Positions 8,965-17,910 of a stretch of 64,000 bases of DNA are shown here, one piece after another. The position numbers were made by a program, and so were the translations under genes. Position 1 is the stretch's first letter, and every line of letters starts with the position of its first letter. The notes beneath the pieces are model-generated. The model worked only from the letters and a program-made list of their open reading frames with translations, was not told where the DNA came from and did not search any database. Source of the DNA: an uncultured bacterium. GTDB taxonomy: Bacteria; Omnitrophota; Omnitrophia; Omnitrophales; Abzuiibacteriaceae. The stretch lies in assembly GCA_964387845.1 (NCBI GenBank), contig CAYLXA010000001.1:320001-384000 (forward strand), in the 5' to 3' direction.

Positions 8965-9045
8965 GTCCCCCACCGTTTTGTTTCGCAAAGCGAGGCAGCG
9001 GGGGTCTGAAGGATGAGAGCGCAGGCGGTCGAGCCCGCGGGAGGC
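8965..9045. repeat. Family-2 repeat (second copy).
   Basis: ggtcccccaccgttttgtttcgcaaagcgaggcagcgggggtctgaaggatgagagcgcaggcggtcgagcccgcg aligns with 5608–5690. Confidence 0.7.
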
Positions 9046-9081
9046 GAGAACCGCCGGCGCCGGAACAAAGCTAGATTCTGA

Positions 9082-9963
9082 CTAAATTAGTGCTAATCCG
9101 ATTAATTTGTAAATAAGGCGCGCGACGAGGAAATTGGGGGCGTGAAGCTTTTCTATCGGTGATAATTCCATGACATCAAAACCAACAATTTTTCGTGACT
9201 TGGCGATTTCCCTAAAAAGCGCCATGGCTTCATGCCACAAAAGACCGTTGGGTTCCGGTGTTCCGGTTGCGGGCATAATCGAAGGGTCAAAACCATCTAC
9301 ATCGATCGTAATATAAACTTCATCCGTTAAATTGGTCAGCGCGGTGTGAATCCAATCTTGAATTGCCATCTTTTTGATTTCGTGCGCGTATAAAATGTTT
9401 ACGTTTTGCTTCTTGGCGACCCTGATTTGATCCGGTGAAATGCTGCGGATACCGACTTGCGAAAGCGGGCACTTTCCTGCAATGCGCGCCGCAATTGAGG
9501 CGTGCGAATAAGGCGTTCCCTCATAAGAATCGCGCAAATCCGCGTGAGCGTCGATCTGCAGAACGGACATTTTGGGATATTTCTTCAAGTGTGATTTGAT
9601 TAACGCGCTTGAAATAGAATGTTCACCGCCGATTCCGACCAGGAATTTATTTTCCGAGAGAATTTCATCCGATCGCTTTTCCAATCTTTCGATAAATTGC
9701 TTCGGGTCTTTTTCCTTTGCGGCAGGTTTGAAGCTTGGAAGTGTCGCAATCGATACCTTTTTACATGTTTCAACACCCAATTCCTCATCGTAATACTCCA
9801 CATAACGAGAAGCATCAATAACAGCTTTGGGGCCGCGGGATGTGCCTTTTCCGTAAGAGACCGTTCCTTCATAAGGAACCGGCAAAACAGCAACTTTGGA
9901 TTTGGTGTAAGCGGGTTCGGGATCCTGGCCTAAAAAGTTAAATGGGGCTTTTTCGTGCTGCAT
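9082..9963 (-). CDS. speB: Agmatinase (arginase/ureohydrolase family).
   Basis: The manganese-binding motifs GGEHSIS, DAHADL and SIDVDGFDP are present, and the size is 293 aa. It is adjacent to the pyruvoyl arginine decarboxylase gene. Confidence 0.8.
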   Translation of the reverse strand: MQHEKAPFNFLGQDPEPAYTKSKVAVLPVPYEGTVSYGKGTSRGPKAVIDASRYVEYYDEELGVETCKKVSIATLPSFKPAAKEKDPKQFIERLEKRSDEILSENKFLVGIGGEHSISSALIKSHLKKYPKMSVLQIDAHADLRDSYEGTPYSHASIAARIAGKCPLSQVGIRSISPDQIRVAKKQNVNILYAHEIKKMAIQDWIHTALTNLTDEVYITIDVDGFDPSIMPATGTPEPNGLLWHEAMALFREIAKSRKIVGFDVMELSPIEKLHAPNFLVARLIYKLIGLALI

Positions 9964-10013
9964 AGGTAATCCTTCGAGAAACTCAGGATGAGTGGGTCAG
10001 CAAGCTGACCTCC

Positions 10014-10559
10014 TCACACGATAAAAACGCAGGAAGCGAGAACGGTGGTCCAGCGGCCGTCTTTATCGCCTTCGGCGCTTTGCGTCACTTCCGTGGTACG
10101 GACGATTTGATTTGAAATTTTCCAGATTTCGCGCTTAGCGTCGTAACTAGAATCCGGATCAAACTTCACACCGGAGACCGTTGCCAACATTTCAGCCGCC
10201 AAGTCTTCGGCATAATCGCCCGTTTTTTTATCCGTCCAGCCGTAAGCGTGATGTTCTGACAAATAGCCGTGCTGGTTCGAGTCTTTTGGAATCGCAATGC
10301 CGACACTGGCTGAAATCAACCTGTTGGGCTCGTTCGTTGCATTGTCGCTCATCACGCAAAACACGATTTGGCCGGCTGAAAGATACTTCAAACCTTCTTT
10401 GCTCGGAATGATTTTGCAGTTGGGTGGGAAAATGCTCGATACTTTTACCAAATTATAGTTCGCAATACCGGCATCGCGCAGCGCAAGCTCAAAGCTGGCC
10501 AATTTTTCAAGATGAATGCCGACGCCTTTCGTCATAAAACATTTTTTGGGTAGAATCAC
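10014..10559 (-). CDS. pdaD: Pyruvoyl-dependent arginine decarboxylase.
   Basis: MILPKKCFMTKGVG…ALRDAGIANYNLVKVSSIFPP has the size (~180 aa) and N-terminal pattern of PdaD proenzymes, and it is adjacent to speB. Confidence 0.7.
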   Translation of the reverse strand: MILPKKCFMTKGVGIHLEKLASFELALRDAGIANYNLVKVSSIFPPNCKIIPSKEGLKYLSAGQIVFCVMSDNATNEPNRLISASVGIAIPKDSNQHGYLSEHHAYGWTDKKTGDYAEDLAAEMLATVSGVKFDPDSSYDAKREIWKISNQIVRTTEVTQSAEGDKDGRWTTVLASCVFIV

Positions 10560-10575
10560 GTTCGAGTCTCCTTAA

Positions 10576-11955
10576 TTAACGGTCCACAATATCGTCTGAA
10601 GCAACAATCGGAATCAAGCCGCCGTTCTGCATAATGTTAATCACAGTTTCATCGCCAAGTTTTGAAATACCGCCTGCGTATTTCCAATCAAACACAAAAG
10701 CGCCGACGCTCACGCGGCGATAAACCATCTCGAGTTTGTTATTCACGATGGCCGGAACGGTCATTTTGGGAACGCTCACATATTCCTGAATGATCCAATT
10801 GTTCTTGAGCGCCTTGTCGATCGCGGCGTTCCAATCTTCATCGCGTGTTTCGGCGCCGATCACGACATCGCCCCGGTTTCCGTAGCCGATGGTGGGTTTT
10901 AAAACCAAAGAATCCTTTTCATCTTTCAAAAAATCAATCAAATAGCTTTTCCGCCTGCCGTAAAAACGTTCGGCATCCGACACCTGGCGCGTCCACGGCA
11001 GATGATTTTGCTTAAACTCATTTTCTTTGTCCGTGAAATAACGGTCGTAATCGGGATTCGTTAAAATAGATATCAAGGCACGGCTCGAGGCGAGGCGCGA
11101 CCTTAAAGGATTAACCATGCACACCGCACGTTCACGGTAAGCCTTCAGAAAATCTTGGATTTCATCGGCTTTTTCGGCGAGCTCATGACAAACGACGCGG
11201 CGGTATACCAAATCAACCCTGAAATTACCATGATAAAGCTTTCCGGTCTTGAATTTAAGCTCTCTGGGGTCTGCAATGGTTGCCTTGTAGCCTTTGGACT
11301 CAAAAAATGCCTTTAGGATCTCAAATTCGGGGCGCGTGCGGACCGATTTCCAATCCACAATCGCAATATTGGGCGTCTCAAATCCGCCGAATTCCTCATA
11401 AGCGCTTAAAAGTGCCGAGAGAAGTCTCTCGAAGCGCTCTTCTTTCTTAAAATGAAACTCGGCAAAAAAATCTTTCAAATCCGGTGTTTCAAAAATGATT
11501 TTCTCAAGCTCATTGGCATAAGCCGTACCGGCCGGCGCATCGCAGTTGAGCTGAATAAACTTGAGTGCTTCGCCTTCTAAGAATCCATCCAGACGCATCA
11601 TCACGACATTGCGTGAATAACCGGGATCGATTTTGATTAATTCCTGGATTTCCGGCGTGTAGCGAAAGTGCTCCGCCACCACGGGATCCGTAAAATAAAG
11701 GTTGGTTGCTTTGTTGACAATGGAAAGAAAACTATCGGAAACCGTCCGAAGAATTTTTTCCTGCTTGGCCGTAATAAAATGCGGCTTCAGGAAAGCCGGA
11801 ACGATGAAGCGGCCGTACTTGATATTCTGCTTTTTGAGCTCTTCCTGGAAATGATTGATGGCTTTCGGGAAACTCTTTTCATGCGCCATCACGAATTGAT
11901 CGAAGGCGTAATCGATGCTTTTATTGGAATCAATGGATGAAGGTGTCCACGCCAT
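10576..11955 (-). CDS. ATP-grasp superfamily acid–amine ligase (glutathionylspermidine-synthase-like / circularly permuted ATP-grasp type).
   Basis: Its architecture and blocks (LVLKPTIGYGNRGDVVIG, ISILTNPDY…HLPWT) resemble YgiC/GspS-type ligases. It lies between sucD and pdaD, with 3–17 nt spacings. Confidence 0.4.
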   Translation of the reverse strand: MAWTPSSIDSNKSIDYAFDQFVMAHEKSFPKAINHFQEELKKQNIKYGRFIVPAFLKPHFITAKQEKILRTVSDSFLSIVNKATNLYFTDPVVAEHFRYTPEIQELIKIDPGYSRNVVMMRLDGFLEGEALKFIQLNCDAPAGTAYANELEKIIFETPDLKDFFAEFHFKKEERFERLLSALLSAYEEFGGFETPNIAIVDWKSVRTRPEFEILKAFFESKGYKATIADPRELKFKTGKLYHGNFRVDLVYRRVVCHELAEKADEIQDFLKAYRERAVCMVNPLRSRLASSRALISILTNPDYDRYFTDKENEFKQNHLPWTRQVSDAERFYGRRKSYLIDFLKDEKDSLVLKPTIGYGNRGDVVIGAETRDEDWNAAIDKALKNNWIIQEYVSVPKMTVPAIVNNKLEMVYRRVSVGAFVFDWKYAGGISKLGDETVINIMQNGGLIPIVASDDIVDR

Positions 11956-11958
11956 AGG

Positions 11959-12852
11959 TTATTTCTTTACCAGAATACCCGCTTCCTCAAGACGTTTCTG
12001 CATTGTATTGCCGATTTCGGCCGGGCTGTCTGCAACCGGAATTCCGAGTCCGCGCAACGTCTTGATTTTGTCAGCCGCAGTGCCGCTTCCTCCTGAAATA
12101 ATAGCACCTGCGTGGCCCATCCGCTTTCCGGGCGGTGCCGTTTGACCGGCTATAAAGGCAACGACCGGTTTTTTCATCTTTTTATTAATAAATTCTGCGG
12201 CCTTCTCCTCCGCCTCACCGCCGATTTCACCGATCATGAGCACGGCCTGCGTGCCGGGATCTTTCTCGAAAAGTTCGAGGCAATCAATAAAATTGGTTCC
12301 CAAAACAGGGTCTCCGCCGATTCCGATACAAGTCGATTGCCCAATACCGAGATTCGTGAGCTGCCAAACTGCTTCATAAGTGAGCGTTCCGCTGCGCGAA
12401 ACAACGCCGACAGCCCCGGCTTTATGAATATAGCCCGGCATAATGCCGATTTTGCAAGCACCCGGCGTGATGACACCCGGACAATTCGGTCCGATTAAAC
12501 GTACAGGCTTGCCCGCGAGTTTCTTTTTGACTTCGATCATATCTAATGTCGGAATGCCTTCTGTGATACACACCACAAGGCGAATTCCGCCGTCGGCAGC
12601 TTCTAAAATCGCGTCTTTGGCAAATTTTGCGGGAACATAAATAACACTCGCATCGGCTTTGGTGGCTTGAACGGCGTCTTTGACGGAATTAAAAACAGGA
12701 ATTTCATCAACCTTCTGGCCGCCTTTTCCGGGCGTGACGCCGCCGACAACTTTGGTGCCGTATTCCACCATCTGCTTAGCATGAAACGCGCCGTGCGTAC
12801 CGGTAATGCCCTGCACAATCACGCGCGTTTCGGAATTGACTAAAATAGACAT
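11959..12852 (-). CDS. sucD: Succinyl-CoA synthetase alpha subunit.
   Basis: [16 protein letters not shown]…, CoA-binding and phospho-His loop blocks (SRSGTLTYE), 297 aa. Confidence 0.9.
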   Translation of the reverse strand: MSILVNSETRVIVQGITGTHGAFHAKQMVEYGTKVVGGVTPGKGGQKVDEIPVFNSVKDAVQATKADASVIYVPAKFAKDAILEAADGGIRLVVCITEGIPTLDMIEVKKKLAGKPVRLIGPNCPGVITPGACKIGIMPGYIHKAGAVGVVSRSGTLTYEAVWQLTNLGIGQSTCIGIGGDPVLGTNFIDCLELFEKDPGTQAVLMIGEIGGEAEEKAAEFINKKMKKPVVAFIAGQTAPPGKRMGHAGAIISGGSGTAADKIKTLRGLGIPVADSPAEIGNTMQKRLEEAGILVKK

Positions 12853-14021
12853 TACTTCTTCCCTTGTGACGCCGCGACCACTTTTTTGGCAGCGTCCGTT
12901 AAATTTTCTGCGAGTGAAATATTGAGGCCCGAGCTCTTTAAAATCGCGAGGCCTTCTTTAACATTGGTGCCTTCGAGGCGAACGACAAGCGGCACTTTGA
13001 TCTGCACTTGCTTCGCCGCAGCCACGATTCCTTGCGCCACCACATCGCATTTCATGATCCCGCCAAAAATATTGACCAAAATGGCTTTTACATTCGGGTC
13101 CTGCAGGATGATTTTAAAAGCGGCCGATACTTTATCAACGCTCGCGCCGCCGCCCACGTCTAAAAAATTTGCCGGCTCTCCGCCGTGCAGCTTGATAAGA
13201 TCCATCGTCGCCATCGCAAGCCCGGCGCCGTTCACCATGCAGCCGATATTGCCGTCGAGGCCGACATAACTAAGATCAAATTTTTTAGCTTCCACTTCCC
13301 GTGCATCTTCTTGAGATGTGTCGCGCATTTCGGCAATTTCCGGATGCCGGAAAAGCGCATTATCATCGAAAACTGCTTTCGAATCGACGATAAACACATC
13401 GCCGCTTTCTAAAACGCCGAGCGGATTAATTTCCAGAAGAGAAATGTCCTTTTTAACAAACACCTGCGACAAAACCGAAATGATTTTGGCGATCTGCTTT
13501 TTCTGTGCTTCCGTTAGAGATGCTTTTTGAATCAGCTTCAAAGCATCGGCTTCCTTAACACCCGCCGCCGGATCAAAATGAAGCTTCATGATTTTATCCG
13601 GATGCGTTTTGGCGACTTCTTCTATGTCCATACCGCCCATTTCCGAAAAAACCACACACGGAAGTTCTTTTTCGCGATCCATCACGGCCGCCAAATAAAG
13701 TTCTTTTTTAAGAATACTCGCAGATTCTAATAATACAGAATTGATTGGCTGGCCCTTTCCGGCAGTCTGATATGTCACCAGCGATTTTCCGATAAGAGAC
13801 TGGGAAAACTCGAAAGCTTCTTTCACAGTCTTCACGATTTTAACGCCGCCGGCTTTTCCGCGGCCGCCGGCATGGACTTGGGCCTTCACAACCAGCGGCA
13901 ATTTGCCGATCGCGGCAATGTCGTTTTCCGACAAAGTGTCTTTGGTAAACACTTTCCCGGTCGGGACCGGAAGCCCTTCGGCTCTAAAAATTTCTTTGGC
14001 TTGATATTCGTGTACTTTCAT
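12852..14021 (-). CDS. sucC: Succinyl-CoA synthetase beta subunit (ADP-forming).
   Basis: [20 protein letters not shown]…, ATP-grasp N-domain, 389 aa. Its stop overlaps the sucD start. Confidence 0.9.
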   Translation of the reverse strand: MKVHEYQAKEIFRAEGLPVPTGKVFTKDTLSENDIAAIGKLPLVVKAQVHAGGRGKAGGVKIVKTVKEAFEFSQSLIGKSLVTYQTAGKGQPINSVLLESASILKKELYLAAVMDREKELPCVVFSEMGGMDIEEVAKTHPDKIMKLHFDPAAGVKEADALKLIQKASLTEAQKKQIAKIISVLSQVFVKKDISLLEINPLGVLESGDVFIVDSKAVFDDNALFRHPEIAEMRDTSQEDAREVEAKKFDLSYVGLDGNIGCMVNGAGLAMATMDLIKLHGGEPANFLDVGGGASVDKVSAAFKIILQDPNVKAILVNIFGGIMKCDVVAQGIVAAAKQVQIKVPLVVRLEGTNVKEGLAILKSSGLNISLAENLTDAAKKVVAASQGKK

Positions 14022-14031
14022 TTTTTATCCA

Positions 14032-14100
14032 GTGTTAAGTTGTAAGTGATAAGTTTTAAGTTATTCAATTACTTACCACTTATAACTTATCACTTACCAC
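14032..14100. repeat. Family-4 heptad hairpin (tandem NNTAAGT heptamers on one arm, ACTTANN on the other).
   Basis: gtgttaagttgtaagtgataagttttaagt – tattcaatt – acttaccacttataacttatcacttaccac. It sits between the gamma-CA stop and the sucC start. Confidence 0.75.
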
Positions 14101-14104
14101 TATG

Positions 14105-14617
14105 TTACAAACTTACAAAACGTCCCCGCGCGTGTTCCGCTGCAAGCTGAGCGTACCGCTTGGCCCATTCGATCTGGCCTTTGACTTCTTTCTTGGTCAA
14201 TTTCCGCTTAAATTTAGCCGGCATTCCAAGATATAAACTCTCAGGTTTTACCTTCATCCCTTCCGTCACAAGCGCTCCGGCGCCCACGAGTGCGCCTTCG
14301 CCAATCACCGCGTCATTTAAAATAATCGCGCCCATTCCGATCAAGGCGCCCGATTTTACCGTACACGCATGCAAAATCACATTGTGCCCAACCACGCAAT
14401 AATCACCCACGTAACAGCCGCGCTCGCGCTCTAAATGTACGAGCGAGAGATCCTGAATGTTTGTGTATTTACCGATCACAATTTCATTAATGTCGCCGCG
14501 CAGCACCACGCCGGGCCAGATATTGGCATAATCCTTGAGCGTCACGCGCCCGATCACTTGCGCAGACGGATGAACCCAGACATTCTTCCCGAGTTTCGGC
14601 TTATAAGTAAAAGTCGT
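14105..14617 (-). CDS. Gamma-class carbonic anhydrase family / hexapeptide-repeat protein.
   Basis: Left-handed beta-helix hexapeptide repeats (VIGRVTL…, IWPGVVLRGDINEIVIGKYTNIQDLSLVH). The start was placed at MTTFTY because the upstream 11 codons fall inside the family-3 repeat. Confidence 0.65.
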   Translation of the reverse strand, partial: TTFTYKPKLGKNVWVHPSAQVIGRVTLKDYANIWPGVVLRGDINEIVIGKYTNIQDLSLVHLERERGCYVGDYCVVGHNVILHACTVKSGALIGMGAIILNDAVIGEGALVGAGALVTEGMKVKPESLYLGMPAKFKRKLTKKEVKGQIEWAKRYAQLAAEHARGRFVSL

Positions 14618-14624
14618 CATTGCG

Positions 14625-14702
14625 AGACATAGTGATTGGTGTCGAAGCAATCTACGTTCTGAGATTGCTTCGGCGAAGTTTTCAAAGCGCCTCGCAATGA
14701 CG
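14625..14702. repeat. Family-3 palindromic element, short form (gtcattgcgag…cgaagcaatctacgttctgagattgcttcg…ctcgcaatgac).
   Basis: It is a near-perfect palindrome read directly. Its left half is identical to 7100–7140. Confidence 0.75.
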
Positions 14703-14711
14703 GTATTTGCA

Positions 14712-15461
14712 TTATTTCTTCAAAAAATCCAATAGATTGACCGTGATCTGGCGGTTGACTTCGGCAATCGAAGTGACGAGCGGAATCTGCTTTGGGCAGG
14801 CCTTCACACAATTCTGCGCATTCCCACAATCTTCAATGCCGCCTTTTTCCATCAAAGCTTCTAAACGTTCTTTTTTCAGCACGGCGCCGGTCGGATGCGC
14901 ATTGAACAGCCTGACTTGGCTGATCACGGCAGCACCGACAAAATCCGAGCGGTCGTTAATCTGCGGACAAACTTCCATGCAGCAGCCGCAGGCAATACAG
15001 CGCGACAGTTCATAATTTTCGAGCGCTTGCTCGGGCTGAATCCGGGGCCCCGGCCCAAGCGCATAAGTTCCGTCAATCGGAACCCAGGTTTTTGTGCGTT
15101 TCAAACTTTTAAAAATGCGGCTTCGGTCGACCGCCAAATCACGCACGACCGGGAATTTGGTCATCGGTTCAATTGTGATTTCATCGCCCAAATGATCGAC
15201 GAGCGTTGAGCACGCCTGCCTGACTTTTCCGTTAATCACCATCGTGCACGTGCCGCACACTTCTTCAAGGCAGCTGGCTTCCCAGGTAATGACCGATGTT
15301 GCGCGGCCGTCAAAAGTTTTTGGATTTTTACGCAGATCCTGGAGGCACGTGATGATATTCATGTACGGGCGGTACTTGATTTTATACTCTTCCCAATACG
15401 GTTTCGTATTCGGCCCGTCCTGGCGCTTGATTTTGATTTTAATCGAATCAAATTTTGCCAT
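14712..15461 (-). CDS. sdhB: Succinate dehydrogenase / fumarate reductase iron–sulfur subunit.
   Basis: 2Fe-2S and 4Fe-4S cysteine clusters (CIACGCCMEVCP, CGNAQNCVKACPKQIP). Confidence 0.85.
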   Translation of the reverse strand: MAKFDSIKIKIKRQDGPNTKPYWEEYKIKYRPYMNIITCLQDLRKNPKTFDGRATSVITWEASCLEEVCGTCTMVINGKVRQACSTLVDHLGDEITIEPMTKFPVVRDLAVDRSRIFKSLKRTKTWVPIDGTYALGPGPRIQPEQALENYELSRCIACGCCMEVCPQINDRSDFVGAAVISQVRLFNAHPTGAVLKKERLEALMEKGGIEDCGNAQNCVKACPKQIPLVTSIAEVNRQITVNLLDFLKK

Positions 15462-17200
15462 TAATATTTCCGCTCTCGCGGCTCATAAAGTGATGTGTCT
15501 ACTTTTTCGTAACTTAATTCCGGAGCGTCCAGTTTATATTTTGCGATCGTGGTCTTGAGAAAATCTTTGTCGTTCCGGTCCGGAAATTCCGGCTTGTAAT
15601 GCGCGCCGCGGCTTTCATTGCGCTTTAAAGCGCCGATCGTGATCACGCGCGCAAGCTGAAGCATGTTGATCAGTTCCCGTGTAAACACAAGCGGCTGATT
15701 GGCCCAGTTTGACATGTCATGAATATTAACGTCATTTGTACGCTCAATCAGTTCAACTAATTTTTTATCCGTTTCCTCAAGCGTTTTGTTGACCCGGACA
15801 ACCGTCACATTATCCGTCATCACCTTTGCCATTTCTTCCCACAGCTGGTAAGGATTTTCTTTGCCGCGCGAGCGCATGACTTTTTCATTTAAATCTTTTT
15901 GCCTACTGACTTCCTCATCAAAAATTTTCTGGCTCGACGATTCAGAACTTTGCTCGAGCCCGCCCACATATTTCACAGCTGTTGTGGCCGCCACCGCGCC
16001 GCCATAAATGCACGACAACAAGGAATTTGCTCCGAGCCGGTTAGCGCCGTGATATTGATAATCGCACTCACCCGCCGCCAAAATACCTTTTACGTTTGTC
16101 ATGTGCTCGTCGTCGATATACATGCCGCCCATCGTGTAATGAACTGAGGGAAACACGCGCATCGGAACTTTGCGCGGATCGTCACCGACAAATTTTTCAT
16201 AAATTTCAATCACGCCGCCCAGTTTCGCTTCCAATGATTTGCGATCGAGATGCGAAATATCGAGATAGACGACATCTTTTCCGTCTAATCCGAGTTTCTG
16301 CTCACGGCAAACTTTGAAAATGGCGCGGCTTGCAATGTCGCGCGGCACGAGATTGCCGTATTTGGGATACATTTCTTCGAGAAAATACCAGGGTTTTCCA
16401 TTTTTATAAGTCCACACGCGCCCGCCTTCGCCGCGGATCGCCTCCGACATCAACCGGTTTTTATCTTCACCCGGAATCGCGGTCGGATGAACTTGAATGA
16501 ATTCGCCGTTTGCGTACCAAACACCTTGCTCAAAGAGCGCGCCCGCCGCGGAACCTGTGCAGATTGTAGAGTTGGTGCTGCGCCCATAAATCATCCCCAC
16601 GCCGCCCGTGGCCATCACAACCGCATCCGCGCGGAAAGCTTTGAGTTCGAGTGAAGCGAGATTGATCGCCGTAATTCCGCGCGCTACTTTTTGATCATCC
16701 AGAACAGCCGATAGAAATTCCCAGCCTTCATAGCGCGTGATAAGTCCGTCGGATTCAAAACGGCGGGTTTGTTCGTCGAGCGCGTAAAGCAGCTGTTGTC
16801 CTGTGGTGGCGCCTGCAAAAGCCGTCCGGTGAAACCGTGTGCCGCCGAAACGGCGGAAATCCAGCATGCCTTCGGCCGTCCGGTTAAACGGAACACCCAT
16901 CCGGTCAAACATGTGAACAATGCCGGGCGCTGCTTCGCACATGCCGAGCACAAGTTTTTGGTTTGCCAAAAAGTCGCCGCCGAAAATGGTTTCCTCAAAA
17001 TGAATGCGCGGCGAGTCGCCTTCACCTTTTGTATTGATAGAAGCATTGATGCCGCCTTGCGCGCATACAGAATGCGATCTTCGGCACGGAATAATGGAAA
17101 AAATATCAACCGCGAGGCCTTGCTCGGCCAGCTTTACGGCCGTCATCAGTCCCGCAAGACCGCCGCCAACTACGATGTATTTACCTTTCGCAACGCCCAT
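15461..17200 (-). CDS. sdhA: Succinate dehydrogenase / fumarate reductase flavoprotein subunit.
   Basis: FAD-binding GGGLAG N-terminus, RSHSVCAQGG (covalent FAD His), HYTMGG. Confidence 0.9.
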   Translation of the reverse strand: MGVAKGKYIVVGGGLAGLMTAVKLAEQGLAVDIFSIIPCRRSHSVCAQGGINASINTKGEGDSPRIHFEETIFGGDFLANQKLVLGMCEAAPGIVHMFDRMGVPFNRTAEGMLDFRRFGGTRFHRTAFAGATTGQQLLYALDEQTRRFESDGLITRYEGWEFLSAVLDDQKVARGITAINLASLELKAFRADAVVMATGGVGMIYGRSTNSTICTGSAAGALFEQGVWYANGEFIQVHPTAIPGEDKNRLMSEAIRGEGGRVWTYKNGKPWYFLEEMYPKYGNLVPRDIASRAIFKVCREQKLGLDGKDVVYLDISHLDRKSLEAKLGGVIEIYEKFVGDDPRKVPMRVFPSVHYTMGGMYIDDEHMTNVKGILAAGECDYQYHGANRLGANSLLSCIYGGAVAATTAVKYVGGLEQSSESSSQKIFDEEVSRQKDLNEKVMRSRGKENPYQLWEEMAKVMTDNVTVVRVNKTLEETDKKLVELIERTNDVNIHDMSNWANQPLVFTRELINMLQLARVITIGALKRNESRGAHYKPEFPDRNDKDFLKTTIAKYKLDAPELSYEKVDTSLYEPRERKY

Positions 17201-17815
17201 TTAGACTCTCACTAAGTGAATCAGCGAACTGAGGCCCATCGTGAAAACAATTACGCCAAGAAGCGCGGAAAACACGGCTGAGACTCTTTGTGATTTTGGC
17301 CCGACCGTAATGCCCCAGCTGATTGCAAATCCCCAAAGGCCGTTTGCAAAATGGAAACACACGGCAGCAAGACCAACGATGTAAAACCAAAATGTAAACG
17401 GATTCGCCATAAGTTCCTGCATCCGCGCAAAACTCACTTCCGTTCCGTAAAGCGCGTGCATAATGCGTGTTTCATAAACGTGGTACAAAATATAGGCAAA
17501 CGTAATCAAGCCCGTCCAGCGCTGAAGTACATAGAGAAAATTTTTTGTGTTCGGATAAGACGACAGGTTGGATTTTCCGCTAAACCAGACGTAGAAACCG
17601 TAACCGGCATGATACAAAATCGGAAGCGCGATAAAGATGATTTCAAGTGCAACCACAAACGGCAAACTTTGCAGGAATTCGATTTTTTCGTTGTAAGCTT
17701 CCGGGCCTTGTGTAATGAAGGAATTCGTGAACATGTGCTCCAGCAAAAAAGCGCCGATCGGAAATACGCCGGAAAGCGAGTGGAGCCTTCTAAGCCAGAA
17801 TGAGGATTTAGACAT
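17201..17815 (-). CDS. sdhC: Succinate dehydrogenase cytochrome b subunit (five-helix, dihaem type B-like).
   Basis: About 200 aa, five hydrophobic helices with conserved His residues. It sits immediately upstream of sdhA in the same strand block. Confidence 0.6.
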   Translation of the reverse strand: MSKSSFWLRRLHSLSGVFPIGAFLLEHMFTNSFITQGPEAYNEKIEFLQSLPFVVALEIIFIALPILYHAGYGFYVWFSGKSNLSSYPNTKNFLYVLQRWTGLITFAYILYHVYETRIMHALYGTEVSFARMQELMANPFTFWFYIVGLAAVCFHFANGLWGFAISWGITVGPKSQRVSAVFSALLGVIVFTMGLSSLIHLVRV

Positions 17816-17820
17816 TTTTC

Positions 17821-17910
17821 AGTCGTAAGTTGTAAGTGGTAAGTCGTAAGTTAATAAAATGGTAAGTTTTTGCTTCTTACTTACCACTTATCACTTACGA
17901 CTTACAACTG
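17821..17910. repeat. Family-4 heptad hairpin.
   Basis: cgtaagt tgtaagt ggtaagt cgtaagt … acttacc acttatc acttacg acttaca. The right arm begins at the mdh stop codon. Confidence 0.75.

Noticed and set aside
8790-9074. 94 aa Pro/Gly/Arg-rich ORF (plus strand) and the 8788–8988 minus-strand ORF
   Set aside because: Both lie entirely within the family-1 and family-2 palindromic repeats. GC-rich palindromes generate open frames on both strands, and there is no RBS and no coding-like composition.
17821-17910. GGTAAGT heptamers as eukaryotic-type 5' splice donors or a group II intron signature
   Set aside because: This is a compact, prokaryotic-style window with coupled operons. The heptamers occur only within short palindromic hairpins, with no intron-encoded ORF or domain structure.
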